From NCBI GenBank assembly GCA_014381465.1, contig JACNLP010000043.1, positions 3,010 through 67,009 on the forward strand: a stretch of 64,000 nucleotides of DNA. Reading direction: 5' to 3'. The stretch is from Flavobacteriales bacterium (GTDB taxonomy: Bacteria > Bacteroidota > Bacteroidia > Flavobacteriales > BACL11). Under the pieces are notes generated by a model, which did not search any database, was not told the DNA's origin, and saw nothing but the letters and a program-made list of their open reading frames with translations. This document shows positions 36,650 through 46,058 of this stretch, piece by piece. The stretch's first letter is position 1. The number at the start of each line of letters is the position of its first letter. The translations under genes were made by a program, and so were the position numbers.

Positions 36650-37025
36650 GCTTAATGTCTTTTACTACAGCCCCCATGCTACAATGTCCTGTAAATGCAG
36701 CTCCTGGCTCAATTGCTAATTTATTAGTAATTAAATCTCCTGTTAATTTTGCAGTTGCTTTAAGTGATAGAAGTTGACCAACTGTAATTTTCGCACTTAA
36801 TGAGCCGGCAATATCGGCATTATTACACTCTATGTCGCCTTCAATTTTTCCGGCTTGCCCAACCACAACTTTTCCGCTTGTTTTCACAGATCCTTTAAGT
36901 GTTCCATCAATCCTTATGTCTCCTTTGGATTGAATATCACCTGTTATAATAGTACCTATTCCAATAATATTTACCGCAGCTGAAGTTTCGTTTTCTCTAA
37001 TCATTTCTTTTTTATTTGAGAACAT
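36612..37025 (-). CDS. Bactofilin-family polymer-forming protein
   Basis: Beta-helical repeats GDIQSKGDIRIDGTLKGSVKTSGKVVVGQAGKIEGDIECNNADIAGSL. The ATG at 37025 is supported by a -7 box at 37047-37054. Confidence 0.8.
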   Translation of the reverse strand: MFSNKKEMIRENETSAAVNIIGIGTIITGDIQSKGDIRIDGTLKGSVKTSGKVVVGQAGKIEGDIECNNADIAGSLSAKITVGQLLSLKATAKLTGDLITNKLAIEPGAAFTGHCSMGAVVKDIKHVEKTEAKEKTA

Positions 37026-37046
37026 AATAAGTTTGTTTTGGAGAGG

Positions 37047-37054
37047 CAAATGTA
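37047..37054 (-). promoter_or_regulatory. Candidate -7 promoter box (TAnnTTTG) for the bactofilin/atp transcription unit
   Basis: TACATTTG on the minus strand, 21 nt upstream of the ATG at 37025. Confidence 0.4.
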
Positions 37055-37073
37055 ATCATTTCTTTTTCAACTA

Positions 37074-39686
37074 TTAAAGTTCTGTTAAATAATTATTTGT
37101 AAAAAATTCATAGTACTTTTCTTCATCTTTATGCTTAAAGAAGTGCTGGAAATTTTGTGCTGAAATTATTAATTTTTTGCTTTCGGTTTTTGATAGTTCA
37201 TTATTCACTTTACTTGCACTACCAAACGCATTAAAATATTCAGTTGCATTTTTGCTGTTATCAAAAGTTTTTATCATAATCAAATGTCTATCTTTCCCGA
37301 AAAGTATAGCGGTAATTTCAAAACTTTCAATACTATAATTGGTATTATGGTAATCTGATAAAAGTGTTTTAATAAAATTAACATCCGTTTGTTCTTTTGG
37401 TATTAACAACAAAAAATAATGTAAGCCATTTGTATCAAAAATGTATGGCGTTCCTGTTTCTACCTCTCTATTTGTTTTCAACATTTTTTCAGGATTATCT
37501 AAAAGAGCTATAATTTCTTCTGCTCTAATTTTCACCTTTGTTTCTGGATAGTTTTTTACAATTTTGCTAAGTTGTTTTCTAAAACTTAAACTATCGTTGG
37601 TTTTACTAGTTGCTAACGCTTTTAGTAAGTCGTATCTTGGTTTTAATTCTTTATTGTTTTTGGTCATTTCTAAAGAGTCACATCTAGAAATTACTGCTGC
37701 ATAATCCTTGTTGTTATATAAAGAAAGGGTTTGATTATAGTGTGTTTTTTGTTTTTTCTGTTTGTTTTCAATATTTGCTAAATAATCTTTTTCATTTAGT
37801 AATTTGCTGTATTTGCTGTCAGAGAAATCTGCTAATAAAGTCTCCTTACACTCATCTGCTTTTTCGTTTTTATTATTTTCTTTATAAATTAGATAAAGAT
37901 TGTAATATGAAAGTGGTGTGTAGTTTTCATTTTTTGGATATCTCTGGCAAAGGGCAACTAACATTTTTATGGCTTTTTTATTTTCGCTCAAATAGCTTTT
38001 ATAAATCATTCCAGCTTGAAAGTGCGCTTCCATTATTTGAAAATGAGATGTTTCCATTTTTTCCTTTGTAAGCGGAATTTTATCTTTATAATATTTAGGG
38101 TCCTTTTTGTTTACCTTTTCATCAGTATTGCTTTCTTGATTTTGTGCGGTGGAATCGTTTTCTAAATTATTAGATATTTTTTTATCGCTTCTCCTCCAAT
38201 CATCCTCTAGTTTTCGTTTCCCCCATTTTTTTTGAAATTCGGAATGTCCAAAACTTAAAGTTGCTGAATTATAAAAATACCACCTCCCCCCAGAAGTTCT
38301 TTGTCCAAAATTATTTTCTCTGCCACCGAACCTATTATTTTCAAACCTGCTATTGGCTCTTTGCCTTTCTTCTTGTTGCTTTTCTAACTCTTTTTTCTGC
38401 TCTTCTTTTATTATTTTGCTTATCGCTTGATTTAAATCCTCCTCACTCAATCCTGCTAATAATTGTAAGCTATCCTCAAGGTTAATGATGTTAAGGTACC
38501 TTGCAAGTTCTGCTAATAAAAGTTGTTTTTCTTTAGTTTGATTGTATTCCTTATGGTCTGAATCCATAAATATAATTGTGCTATCATAAAACACTGAAGA
38601 GTTTGCATAATCAGATTTAGCATAAAATATTTTTCCTAGCTCTAAAAATGAGTGAGCTTTTTGTGTTTCATTGTATTCGCTTTTTTCTGCTGATAATTTA
38701 AAGTTTTCTATTGCTGAGGTGGTATCTTCTATTGATAAATCCATTTTAGCGATAGCAAAATATATTTGATCTAAATACTCTTTGTTTTTATCGTCTTTTG
38801 TCATTTTTAAGAGTTCGGCCCTCACTTTTGCACTATGCTTATTATTCCCCTGCACACATTGCGCTTTATTTATTTTACAATTAAAAACCATCTCATATTC
38901 CGGATTAGATTTTATTACTTTTTGGTAAAGAGTTGTTGCTTTTTTATAGTTTTGATGTTTCTGGTTTAGCTGTGCTAGAATAAAATAATATCTTGTTTTC
39001 TTTTTCCGTTTTTTTATAAGTTTGACTGCTGTGTTTAGTTCGTCTAAGGCTAAAATATAATTATCTTGTTTTAGGTAAAAATCAGCAAGGATAACAGCTA
39101 ATTCATCTTCTAATTTTTCTGGGAACTTTCTGTCGTTTTGTAGTTGGTCTAACTCCATTTCTGCAGCTATATAGTCTTCTTTTTCAGAATAACTCCTTGC
39201 CAACCATAAGGCCGCATCATACTTTATTGGATTTTTTTTATAGGTTTCTTTTATGTAATTGAAAGTTTTTATTGCTTCATCAAACTCTCCTTTATAAAAA
39301 TATGCCTTTCCAATCAGAAAATAATTATCATCAATCCATTTATTGTACTCTTTTCCTTTAATACTCATGGAATGCCTTTGAATTACTATGGAGCCCTTTT
39401 CAATGGCTTTATTCATATATGGGTGAGTAGTTTTAGTCTTTGTTAAATCTCCCGTTTTAAAAACAGCTATTATGTCTGAAAAATCGTCTTTATGAGCATC
39501 TTCTAATTTTTTTATTCCGGCTTTTAAGCTTTCTTTTCCGTTAAAATATCCGTTATATTTTGCCGTAATACCATGATACTTTCTGTTTACGAAATTATTC
39601 TTTTTAGTTGAACAAGAAATAATTACTAGGGTAAAAGATAGTAATATCAGGAATTTTTCAGCTTTATTTTTTCTTCTCAAATTCAT
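37074..39686 (-). CDS. TPR lipoprotein; a candidate T9SS/gliding component SprE/PorW
   Basis: 870 aa with lipobox TLVIISC followed by STKKNNFVNRKYHGITAKYNGYFNG. It has TPR-like repeats and a central segment GGRWYFYNSATLSFGHSEFQKKWGKRKLEDDWRRSDK. Size, lipobox and these motifs match my memory of SprE/PorW. Confidence 0.6.
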   Translation of the reverse strand: MNLRRKNKAEKFLILLSFTLVIISCSTKKNNFVNRKYHGITAKYNGYFNGKESLKAGIKKLEDAHKDDFSDIIAVFKTGDLTKTKTTHPYMNKAIEKGSIVIQRHSMSIKGKEYNKWIDDNYFLIGKAYFYKGEFDEAIKTFNYIKETYKKNPIKYDAALWLARSYSEKEDYIAAEMELDQLQNDRKFPEKLEDELAVILADFYLKQDNYILALDELNTAVKLIKKRKKKTRYYFILAQLNQKHQNYKKATTLYQKVIKSNPEYEMVFNCKINKAQCVQGNNKHSAKVRAELLKMTKDDKNKEYLDQIYFAIAKMDLSIEDTTSAIENFKLSAEKSEYNETQKAHSFLELGKIFYAKSDYANSSVFYDSTIIFMDSDHKEYNQTKEKQLLLAELARYLNIINLEDSLQLLAGLSEEDLNQAISKIIKEEQKKELEKQQEERQRANSRFENNRFGGRENNFGQRTSGGRWYFYNSATLSFGHSEFQKKWGKRKLEDDWRRSDKKISNNLENDSTAQNQESNTDEKVNKKDPKYYKDKIPLTKEKMETSHFQIMEAHFQAGMIYKSYLSENKKAIKMLVALCQRYPKNENYTPLSYYNLYLIYKENNKNEKADECKETLLADFSDSKYSKLLNEKDYLANIENKQKKQKTHYNQTLSLYNNKDYAAVISRCDSLEMTKNNKELKPRYDLLKALATSKTNDSLSFRKQLSKIVKNYPETKVKIRAEEIIALLDNPEKMLKTNREVETGTPYIFDTNGLHYFLLLIPKEQTDVNFIKTLLSDYHNTNYSIESFEITAILFGKDRHLIMIKTFDNSKNATEYFNAFGSASKVNNELSKTESKKLIISAQNFQHFFKHKDEEKYYEFFTNNYLTEL

Positions 39687-39701
39687 TTACAGCAATTAAA
39701 C

Positions 39702-39719
39702 TAATTTTGCACAAAATTA
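39702..39719. promoter_or_regulatory. Two -7 boxes arranged as an inverted repeat in the divergent intergenic region
   Basis: TAATTTTG-CA-CAAAATTA. The plus-strand box lies 75 nt before the ATG at 39785. The minus-strand box lies 25 nt before the ATG at 39686. Confidence 0.45.
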
Positions 39720-39784
39720 TTTTATTTTTCCGAATGTTTTCTACTACCAATAAACTTTTATTTTTTTGATATTTGCATAACCAA

Positions 39785-40651
39785 ATGAAAGAAAAAAACA
39801 ATAACTCCTTTTTAGAAAAAATTAAGCATAAGTATCGCTTGATTATAATGAATGATAGTACGCTTGAAGAACGACTTTCTTTTCGGCTTTCTCGCCTTAA
39901 TGTAATTGCTGTTTTTACTAGTTTTGGGATTTTGTTGTTTGTTTTTTTTCTACTGCTTGTTGGCTACACCCCTTTAAACGAATATGTACCTGGGAAAGCA
40001 AGTAGCGGTTTATATAGGGAACTTATTGCTATTACTCTAAAAACAGATTCTTTAGAAAAAAAACTATTGATAAACGAGCTCTACCTTAAAAATATTTCAG
40101 CAATTGTAAATGGGGAAGACCCCATAAGTATTACTTCTGAAAGTAGTATTCCTCTTTCTGTTTCTGAAACAGAGATTTCGTTTAAAAAATCAAAAGAAGA
40201 TTCCCTGCTTAGGATTACGGTAGAAGCTGAAGATAAAATTTCTATTTCTAATACTGAGAAAACAAGTGGTAATGAGCTGGAAAGTATCTTGTTTTTTAGC
40301 CCAATAAAAGGGGTGGTTACAAGTAAGTTTGATCGTAAAAAAAATCATTTTGGCACTGATATTGTTGCAAAAAAAGACGAGCCAATAAAGTGTGTTTATG
40401 ATGGGGTTGTAGTAATTAGCCATTGGACTTCCGAAACGGGATATGTAATTGGAATTCAGCATGAAAATAATTATTTTTCACTTTATAAACATAATTCTGT
40501 ATTGTTGAAAGAGGAGGGCGATAGGGTAAATTCAGGAGAGGTGATTGCAATAATTGGGAATTCTGGAGAGTTTTCTTCAGGTCCGCATTTACATTTTGAA
40601 CTTTGGCATAAAGGCACTCCTATAAATCCTGAAAACTACATTTTATTTTAA
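39785..40651 (+). CDS. Membrane-anchored M23-family metallopeptidase
   Basis: One TM helix (VIAVFTSFGILLFVFFLLLV). C-terminal domain HFGTDIVAKKDEPIKCVYDGVV...GNSGEFSSGPHLHFELW. Confidence 0.85.
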   Translation: MKEKNNNSFLEKIKHKYRLIIMNDSTLEERLSFRLSRLNVIAVFTSFGILLFVFFLLLVGYTPLNEYVPGKASSGLYRELIAITLKTDSLEKKLLINELYLKNISAIVNGEDPISITSESSIPLSVSETEISFKKSKEDSLLRITVEAEDKISISNTEKTSGNELESILFFSPIKGVVTSKFDRKKNHFGTDIVAKKDEPIKCVYDGVVVISHWTSETGYVIGIQHENNYFSLYKHNSVLLKEEGDRVNSGEVIAIIGNSGEFSSGPHLHFELWHKGTPINPENYILF

Positions 40652-40652
40652 G

Positions 40653-42140
40653 ATGGGAATTAAAGCATCTTTAAGCCTTCCTTTTGCTAAATTTATTGTT
40701 TCTAAAAACAATAAATGGAAAAACAATGCAGTAAAAGTTCAAGAGAAATTAATGGTTGATTTAATTAATAAAGCAAAACATACACAATTCGGAAAAGATC
40801 ATAATTTCTCTGAGATAAAAAATTATTCTGATTTTAAGCAGCAAATTCCAGTAAGAGATTATGAAGAGCTAAAAGGATATGTTCAGCAAATAATTGATGG
40901 AGATGAAGATGTATTATGGCCGGGAAAACCACTTTATTTTTGCAAAACATCAGGAACAACATCAGGAACAAAATATATTCCTATAAGTAAAGAAAGTATG
41001 CCGCACCATATTACAGCTGCTCGTGATGCAATACTTAGTTATATTGCCGAAACAAAAAACACCTCAATTGTAAATGGTAAAATGATTTTTTTGCAAGGAA
41101 GCCCAGAACTTACAAAAACAGGAGATATATTAACTGGACGCCTTTCAGGAATTGTGGCTCATCATATTCCTGCCTATTTAACTAAAAACCGCTTACCTTC
41201 TTTTGAAACTAATTGTATAGATGATTGGGAAACAAAAGTAGATGCTATTGTTGAAGAAACTCTTCCTGAAAATATGAGTCTAATCTCTGGGATCCCTCCT
41301 TGGGTGCAAATGTATTTTGAAAAGTTACAAAGCAAAACAGGAAAGCTTATAAAAGATATTTTTCCAAAATTTGACTTGTTTATTTACGGAGGGGTTAATT
41401 ATGAACCTTACCGAAAATCCTTTGAAAAACTAATTGGAAAAAAAGTAGATGGAGTAGAACTGTATCCTGCATCAGAAGGTTTTATTGCTTATCAAGATTC
41501 TCAAAAAGAGGAGGGAATGTTGCTTTGTGTAAATCATGGAATATTTTATGAATTTATCCCTAGTGATGAGTTTTTTAACGAAAATCCAACTCGTATTTCC
41601 TTGGCTGATGTAAAGGTTGGAGTAAATTATGTAATCATCCTAAATACTGATGCTGGGCTTTGGGGATATAATATTGGTGACACTATAAAATTTGTTTCAG
41701 TTGATCCATACAGAATTATTGTAAGCGGCAGAATTAAACATTTTACCTCAGCATTTGGGGAGCATGTAATTGCAGAAGAAGTTGAAAAAAGTTTAGAAAA
41801 AACAATAGAAAAACACACTGCACAAGTTAATGAGTTTCATGTTGCACCTGAGGTAAATCCTGAAAACGGATTGCCTTATCATGAATGGTTAATTGAATTT
41901 GAAAAACAACCTAAGGATTTAGAATTTTTTAGTAAAATGCTAGATGATGAATTACAAAACCTAAACACTTATTATAAGGACTTAATTAGTGGTGGAATTT
42001 TAAAACCTTTGCAAGTAACTATTATTGGTAAAAACGGATTTAGAGATTATATGAAATCAATAGGAAAGCTAGGTGGACAAAACAAAGTACCAAGATTAGC
42101 AAATGACAGAAAAGTTGCTGATAAATTAAACGCATTTTAA
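40653..42140 (+). CDS. GH3-family (acyl-acid amido synthetase-like, adenylate-forming) protein
   Basis: 495 aa. FCKTSGTTSGTKYIP is a P-loop-like AMP-binding motif typical of GH3 proteins common in Bacteroidota. Confidence 0.7.
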   Translation: MGIKASLSLPFAKFIVSKNNKWKNNAVKVQEKLMVDLINKAKHTQFGKDHNFSEIKNYSDFKQQIPVRDYEELKGYVQQIIDGDEDVLWPGKPLYFCKTSGTTSGTKYIPISKESMPHHITAARDAILSYIAETKNTSIVNGKMIFLQGSPELTKTGDILTGRLSGIVAHHIPAYLTKNRLPSFETNCIDDWETKVDAIVEETLPENMSLISGIPPWVQMYFEKLQSKTGKLIKDIFPKFDLFIYGGVNYEPYRKSFEKLIGKKVDGVELYPASEGFIAYQDSQKEEGMLLCVNHGIFYEFIPSDEFFNENPTRISLADVKVGVNYVIILNTDAGLWGYNIGDTIKFVSVDPYRIIVSGRIKHFTSAFGEHVIAEEVEKSLEKTIEKHTAQVNEFHVAPEVNPENGLPYHEWLIEFEKQPKDLEFFSKMLDDELQNLNTYYKDLISGGILKPLQVTIIGKNGFRDYMKSIGKLGGQNKVPRLANDRKVADKLNAF

Positions 42141-43297
42141 TGGAAGGAAAGAAAAAACAAATCGCAATTTTAGGTTCAACTGGCTCAATTGGAACACAAG
42201 CTTTAGAGGTGATAAGTGAGCATTCGGGTTTATTTGAGGTTGAGGTGCTAACCGCAAATAATAACAGTGCTTTATTAATTGAGCAAGCCAAAAAATTTAA
42301 ACCCAATACGGTTGTTATCACCAATGAGGAAAAATACAAAGAGGTAGATGAAGCACTTTTTGATTTAGGTATAAAAGTATTTGCCGGACAACAATCCTTA
42401 GAAGAAGTAGTGGAGGGAGATAATATTGATGTAGTGCTTACTGCTCTTGTAGGTTATTCTGGTTTAAAACCAACAATTAGAGCAATAAAAGCAAAAAAGA
42501 ATATTGCCTTAGCCAACAAAGAAACTTTAGTAGTTGCTGGTGATTTAATCACAAAATTATGCCAAGAATATTGCGTAAATATTTACCCTGTTGATTCTGA
42601 ACATTCTGCTATTTTTCAATGTTTAGTAGGGGAGCAATACAATCCAATTGAAAAAATATATTTAACTGCTTCAGGGGGTCCTTTTAGAGGAAGGTTAAGA
42701 AATGATTTACTTGATATCACTAAAGCACAAGCCTTAAAACATCCTAATTGGGAAATGGGAGCTAAAATTACAATTGATAGCGCCAGCATGATGAACAAAG
42801 GGCTAGAGGTAATTGAAGCAAAATGGCTGTTTGATTTAAAAGCAGAACAAATTGAAGTTGTAGTTCACCCTCAATCAATTATTCATTCGGCAGTGCAATT
42901 TGAAGATGGCTCTATAAAAGCACAAATGGGAGTGCCTGACATGAAACTCCCAATACAATATGCTTTAGGTTTTCCAAAAAGGCTAGCAAACACTTTTAAG
43001 CGATTTAGTTTTATGGATTACCCAAACTTAACTTTTGAAAAACCAGATTTGGAAACTTTCAGGAACTTACAATTAGCCTATAACGCTATGGAAAAAGGAG
43101 GGAATATGCCTTGTGTTTTAAATGCCGCAAACGAAATTGCAGTAACAACCTTCCTTCAAGACAAAATTGGTTTTTTAAATATGTCAGATTTAATTGCAGA
43201 TTGTATGGAAAAAATTACCTTTGTTTCCAATCCAACTTTGGAAGATTATATTGCCACAGATGAGGCAACAAGAAAATTAGCTAACGAATTATTATAG
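42140..43297 (+). CDS. dxr: 1-deoxy-D-xylulose-5-phosphate reductoisomerase
   Basis: ILGSTGSIGTQAL NADPH motif, LANKETLV and DSEHSAIFQC. The start overlaps the GH3 stop (TAATG). Confidence 0.95.
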   Translation: MEGKKKQIAILGSTGSIGTQALEVISEHSGLFEVEVLTANNNSALLIEQAKKFKPNTVVITNEEKYKEVDEALFDLGIKVFAGQQSLEEVVEGDNIDVVLTALVGYSGLKPTIRAIKAKKNIALANKETLVVAGDLITKLCQEYCVNIYPVDSEHSAIFQCLVGEQYNPIEKIYLTASGGPFRGRLRNDLLDITKAQALKHPNWEMGAKITIDSASMMNKGLEVIEAKWLFDLKAEQIEVVVHPQSIIHSAVQFEDGSIKAQMGVPDMKLPIQYALGFPKRLANTFKRFSFMDYPNLTFEKPDLETFRNLQLAYNAMEKGGNMPCVLNAANEIAVTTFLQDKIGFLNMSDLIADCMEKITFVSNPTLEDYIATDEATRKLANELL

Positions 43298-44635
43298 ATG
43301 GAATTTATCATAAAAGCAGCACAACTCTTAATGAGTTTATCAATCCTAGTAATACTACACGAACTAGGACATTTTATACCCGCAAAATTATTCAAAACTA
43401 GAGTTGAGAAATTCTATCTGTTTTTTGACCCTTGGTTTTCAGTTGTAAAAAAGAAGATAGGAGATACAGAATATGGAATTGGGTGGTTGCCACTAGGAGG
43501 GTATGTAAAAATCTCTGGAATGATTGATGAGAGTATGGACAAAGAACAGATGGAAAAACCGCCTGAGCCATGGGAATTTAGAGCAAAACCTGCTTGGCAA
43601 AGATTAATCATAATGTTAGGAGGGGTAACAGTTAATTTATTGCTTGCAATCTTCATTTATTCCATGACATTGTATGTGTATGGAGATAAATACCTACCAA
43701 ACGAAAGTATAAACAATGGTGTGTGGTGTGTTAGTGAAATGGCTATTGAATTAGGTTTTGAAAATGGAGATAAGTTTGTGGCTGCTGACGGAGAGAAAAT
43801 TGAGCGATTTTCTGATGTTCTAGAAAAAGTGATTGTTTCTGAAAATATTACAGTAGAGCGTAATGGAAGCCTTGTAACTATTAGTATACCTCATGATGTA
43901 ATTGATCAGTTTTTAGCCAATAATAATAAACAACTTTTTTATCCAAGAATTCCAACAATTGTAAGTGGTGTTGTGGAAAATTCAAATGCTGAAAAAGCAG
44001 GTTTGAAAAAGAAAGATATTATTGTTGGTATTAATGAAAAATCATATAAGTATTTTGATGAGTTTCAAAAAGAACTTGCAATTCATAAAGGAGAAAATAT
44101 TGAATTGTTAGTTAAAAGAGCTGGAAATGATTTGAGGGTAAAAGCCTTAGTAAATGATGCTGGGAAACTTGGTTTTTCTCCTGCTAATCTTAATTTTTCT
44201 CAATTAGAAGAATTGGGTTATTATCAATTAGCCTCTCATAAGTTTGGTTTTTTTGCATCCTTTCCTGCTGGTTATAAAAAAGCGATTAAAAAACTTAGTT
44301 CTTATATTGATCAGTTCATGTTGATTTTAAGTCCAAGTACTGGTGCTTACAAAGGAATGGGGGGGTTTGGTGCGATTGGCTCTTTGTTTCCGGCAAAATG
44401 GAATTGGGAAATCTTTTGGAATTTAACTGCATTTTTATCTGTAATGCTAGCATTTATGAATGTGTTACCAATTCCTGCTTTGGATGGTGGACATGTTGTA
44501 TTCTTGCTTTATGAAATGATTGTAGGAAAACCTGCTCCTGAAAAAGTGATGGAATACGCGCAAATGACGGGAATGATTTTACTTCTAAGTTTGCTTATAT
44601 TTGCCAATGGAAATGATATTTTAAAACTCTTTTAA
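43298..44635 (+). CDS. rseP: RIP site-2 metalloprotease RseP
   Basis: HELGH near the N-terminus, a PDZ region, and a C-terminal NVLPIPALDGGH motif. Confidence 0.92.
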   Translation: MEFIIKAAQLLMSLSILVILHELGHFIPAKLFKTRVEKFYLFFDPWFSVVKKKIGDTEYGIGWLPLGGYVKISGMIDESMDKEQMEKPPEPWEFRAKPAWQRLIIMLGGVTVNLLLAIFIYSMTLYVYGDKYLPNESINNGVWCVSEMAIELGFENGDKFVAADGEKIERFSDVLEKVIVSENITVERNGSLVTISIPHDVIDQFLANNNKQLFYPRIPTIVSGVVENSNAEKAGLKKKDIIVGINEKSYKYFDEFQKELAIHKGENIELLVKRAGNDLRVKALVNDAGKLGFSPANLNFSQLEELGYYQLASHKFGFFASFPAGYKKAIKKLSSYIDQFMLILSPSTGAYKGMGGFGAIGSLFPAKWNWEIFWNLTAFLSVMLAFMNVLPIPALDGGHVVFLLYEMIVGKPAPEKVMEYAQMTGMILLLSLLIFANGNDILKLF

Positions 44636-44637
44636 AC

Positions 44638-45900
44638 TTGTTTGAAACATTAAGTACATATCACTTAATAATCATCTTTTCGGTAACGATTATAATTTCT
44701 TATTTCTTTAATCTTTACGCTAAAAAATCAGGAATTCCTGCTGTGCTATTGTTGATTGGATTGGGTATTGTAATTAATTATAGTTTGCGCTTTTCTGGAT
44801 ATGAAAAACCTGATTTATCACAAACTCTAGAGACTTTGGGGGTGGTTGGTTTAATCCTGATTGTATTGGAAGCCGCACTGGATTTAAAATTATTGAAAGA
44901 GAAAGTAGGATTGATTGTAAAATCCTTTTTAGTTGCTTTGCTCGGACTTGCAGGAACTGCTTATTTAGCTGCTTTAGCACTTAATTATGTGATGGATGTT
45001 GAGGTGTTAAACGCTTTATTGTACACTATTCCTTTGTCAATTTTAAGTTCTGCAATTATCTTACCTAGTATTGATGATTTGGATAAGGATAAGCGTGAAT
45101 TTATGATTTATGAAAGCACCTTTTCTGATATACTCGGGATTATTGGTTTTTATAGTGTGTTAACTATGGTTGGCTCTCCTGGAGGGGAAAGCGTATATGG
45201 AGAGGTTTTTGGTAACCTAGCGTTAACTGTTATTTTCTCTATTCTTATTTCTTATGTCCTTATTTATGTGTTTCAAAATATAAAGGGGCATGTAAAGTTA
45301 TTTTTACTTATTGCTATCTTGCTACTCTTGTATGCAATAGGTAAAATGTTCCACTTATCTTCTTTGATTATCATTCTTATTTTTGGGATGATTCTTAATA
45401 ATTATAAGGTCTTTTTTAGGGGTGGCTTATTAAAATTATTGGATTTAGAAAGGGTGGAAGAAGTGCTTGATGATATGAAGGTAGTAACAGCCGAAACTGC
45501 TTTTGTGGTGAGGACTTTCTTCTTTATTATTTTTGGATGGTCCGTTTATTTAGGGAGTTTGTTAAGTTTTAAGGTTATTGGAATTGGGCTTATTATTCTT
45601 GCTATTATCTATTTGGTAAGGGTTGTTACTCTTTTTATTTTTAACGGAACAGATATCAATCCTCAACTGTTTTTAGCACCAAGAGGACTTATTACAATAC
45701 TCTTATTTTTTGCTATTCCTGATGAATTATCAGCAGGAGAGGAGTTTCAAGGGGTTCTTTTGTTTGTTATTTTAGTAAGTTGTCTTGTTATGACTTGGTC
45801 CTTAATTTCTTATAAAAATAAATTGGCTCAGATTGGGGAAGATGAAGAAGATGAGTTACTGGAGGAAGAAGAAATTATTGAGGAAGATGGAAATAGCTAA
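44638..45900 (+). CDS. Cation:proton antiporter (Na+/H+ exchanger family) with an acidic C-terminal tail
   Basis: About 11-12 hydrophobic helices and a tail GEDEEDELLEEEEIIEEDGNS. There is no ATG near the start, so TTG at 44638 is assumed. Confidence 0.65.
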   Translation: MFETLSTYHLIIIFSVTIIISYFFNLYAKKSGIPAVLLLIGLGIVINYSLRFSGYEKPDLSQTLETLGVVGLILIVLEAALDLKLLKEKVGLIVKSFLVALLGLAGTAYLAALALNYVMDVEVLNALLYTIPLSILSSAIILPSIDDLDKDKREFMIYESTFSDILGIIGFYSVLTMVGSPGGESVYGEVFGNLALTVIFSILISYVLIYVFQNIKGHVKLFLLIAILLLLYAIGKMFHLSSLIIILIFGMILNNYKVFFRGGLLKLLDLERVEEVLDDMKVVTAETAFVVRTFFFIIFGWSVYLGSLLSFKVIGIGLIILAIIYLVRVVTLFIFNGTDINPQLFLAPRGLITILLFFAIPDELSAGEEFQGVLLFVILVSCLVMTWSLISYKNKLAQIGEDEEDELLEEEEIIEEDGNS

Positions 45901-46058
45901 TTGACACATGCAATTAAGCTCGCTCAATCACTTTTATGCCTAATAGCTCGCCATTCAAAAAAACCGAAAAACTGGCACAGCTTCACTTTAAAAATGATAC
46001 GCCTAACATCCGTCTAAAGCTTAATATTCTTTTACCTCTTTTTTTTAATGGAGAGTCA

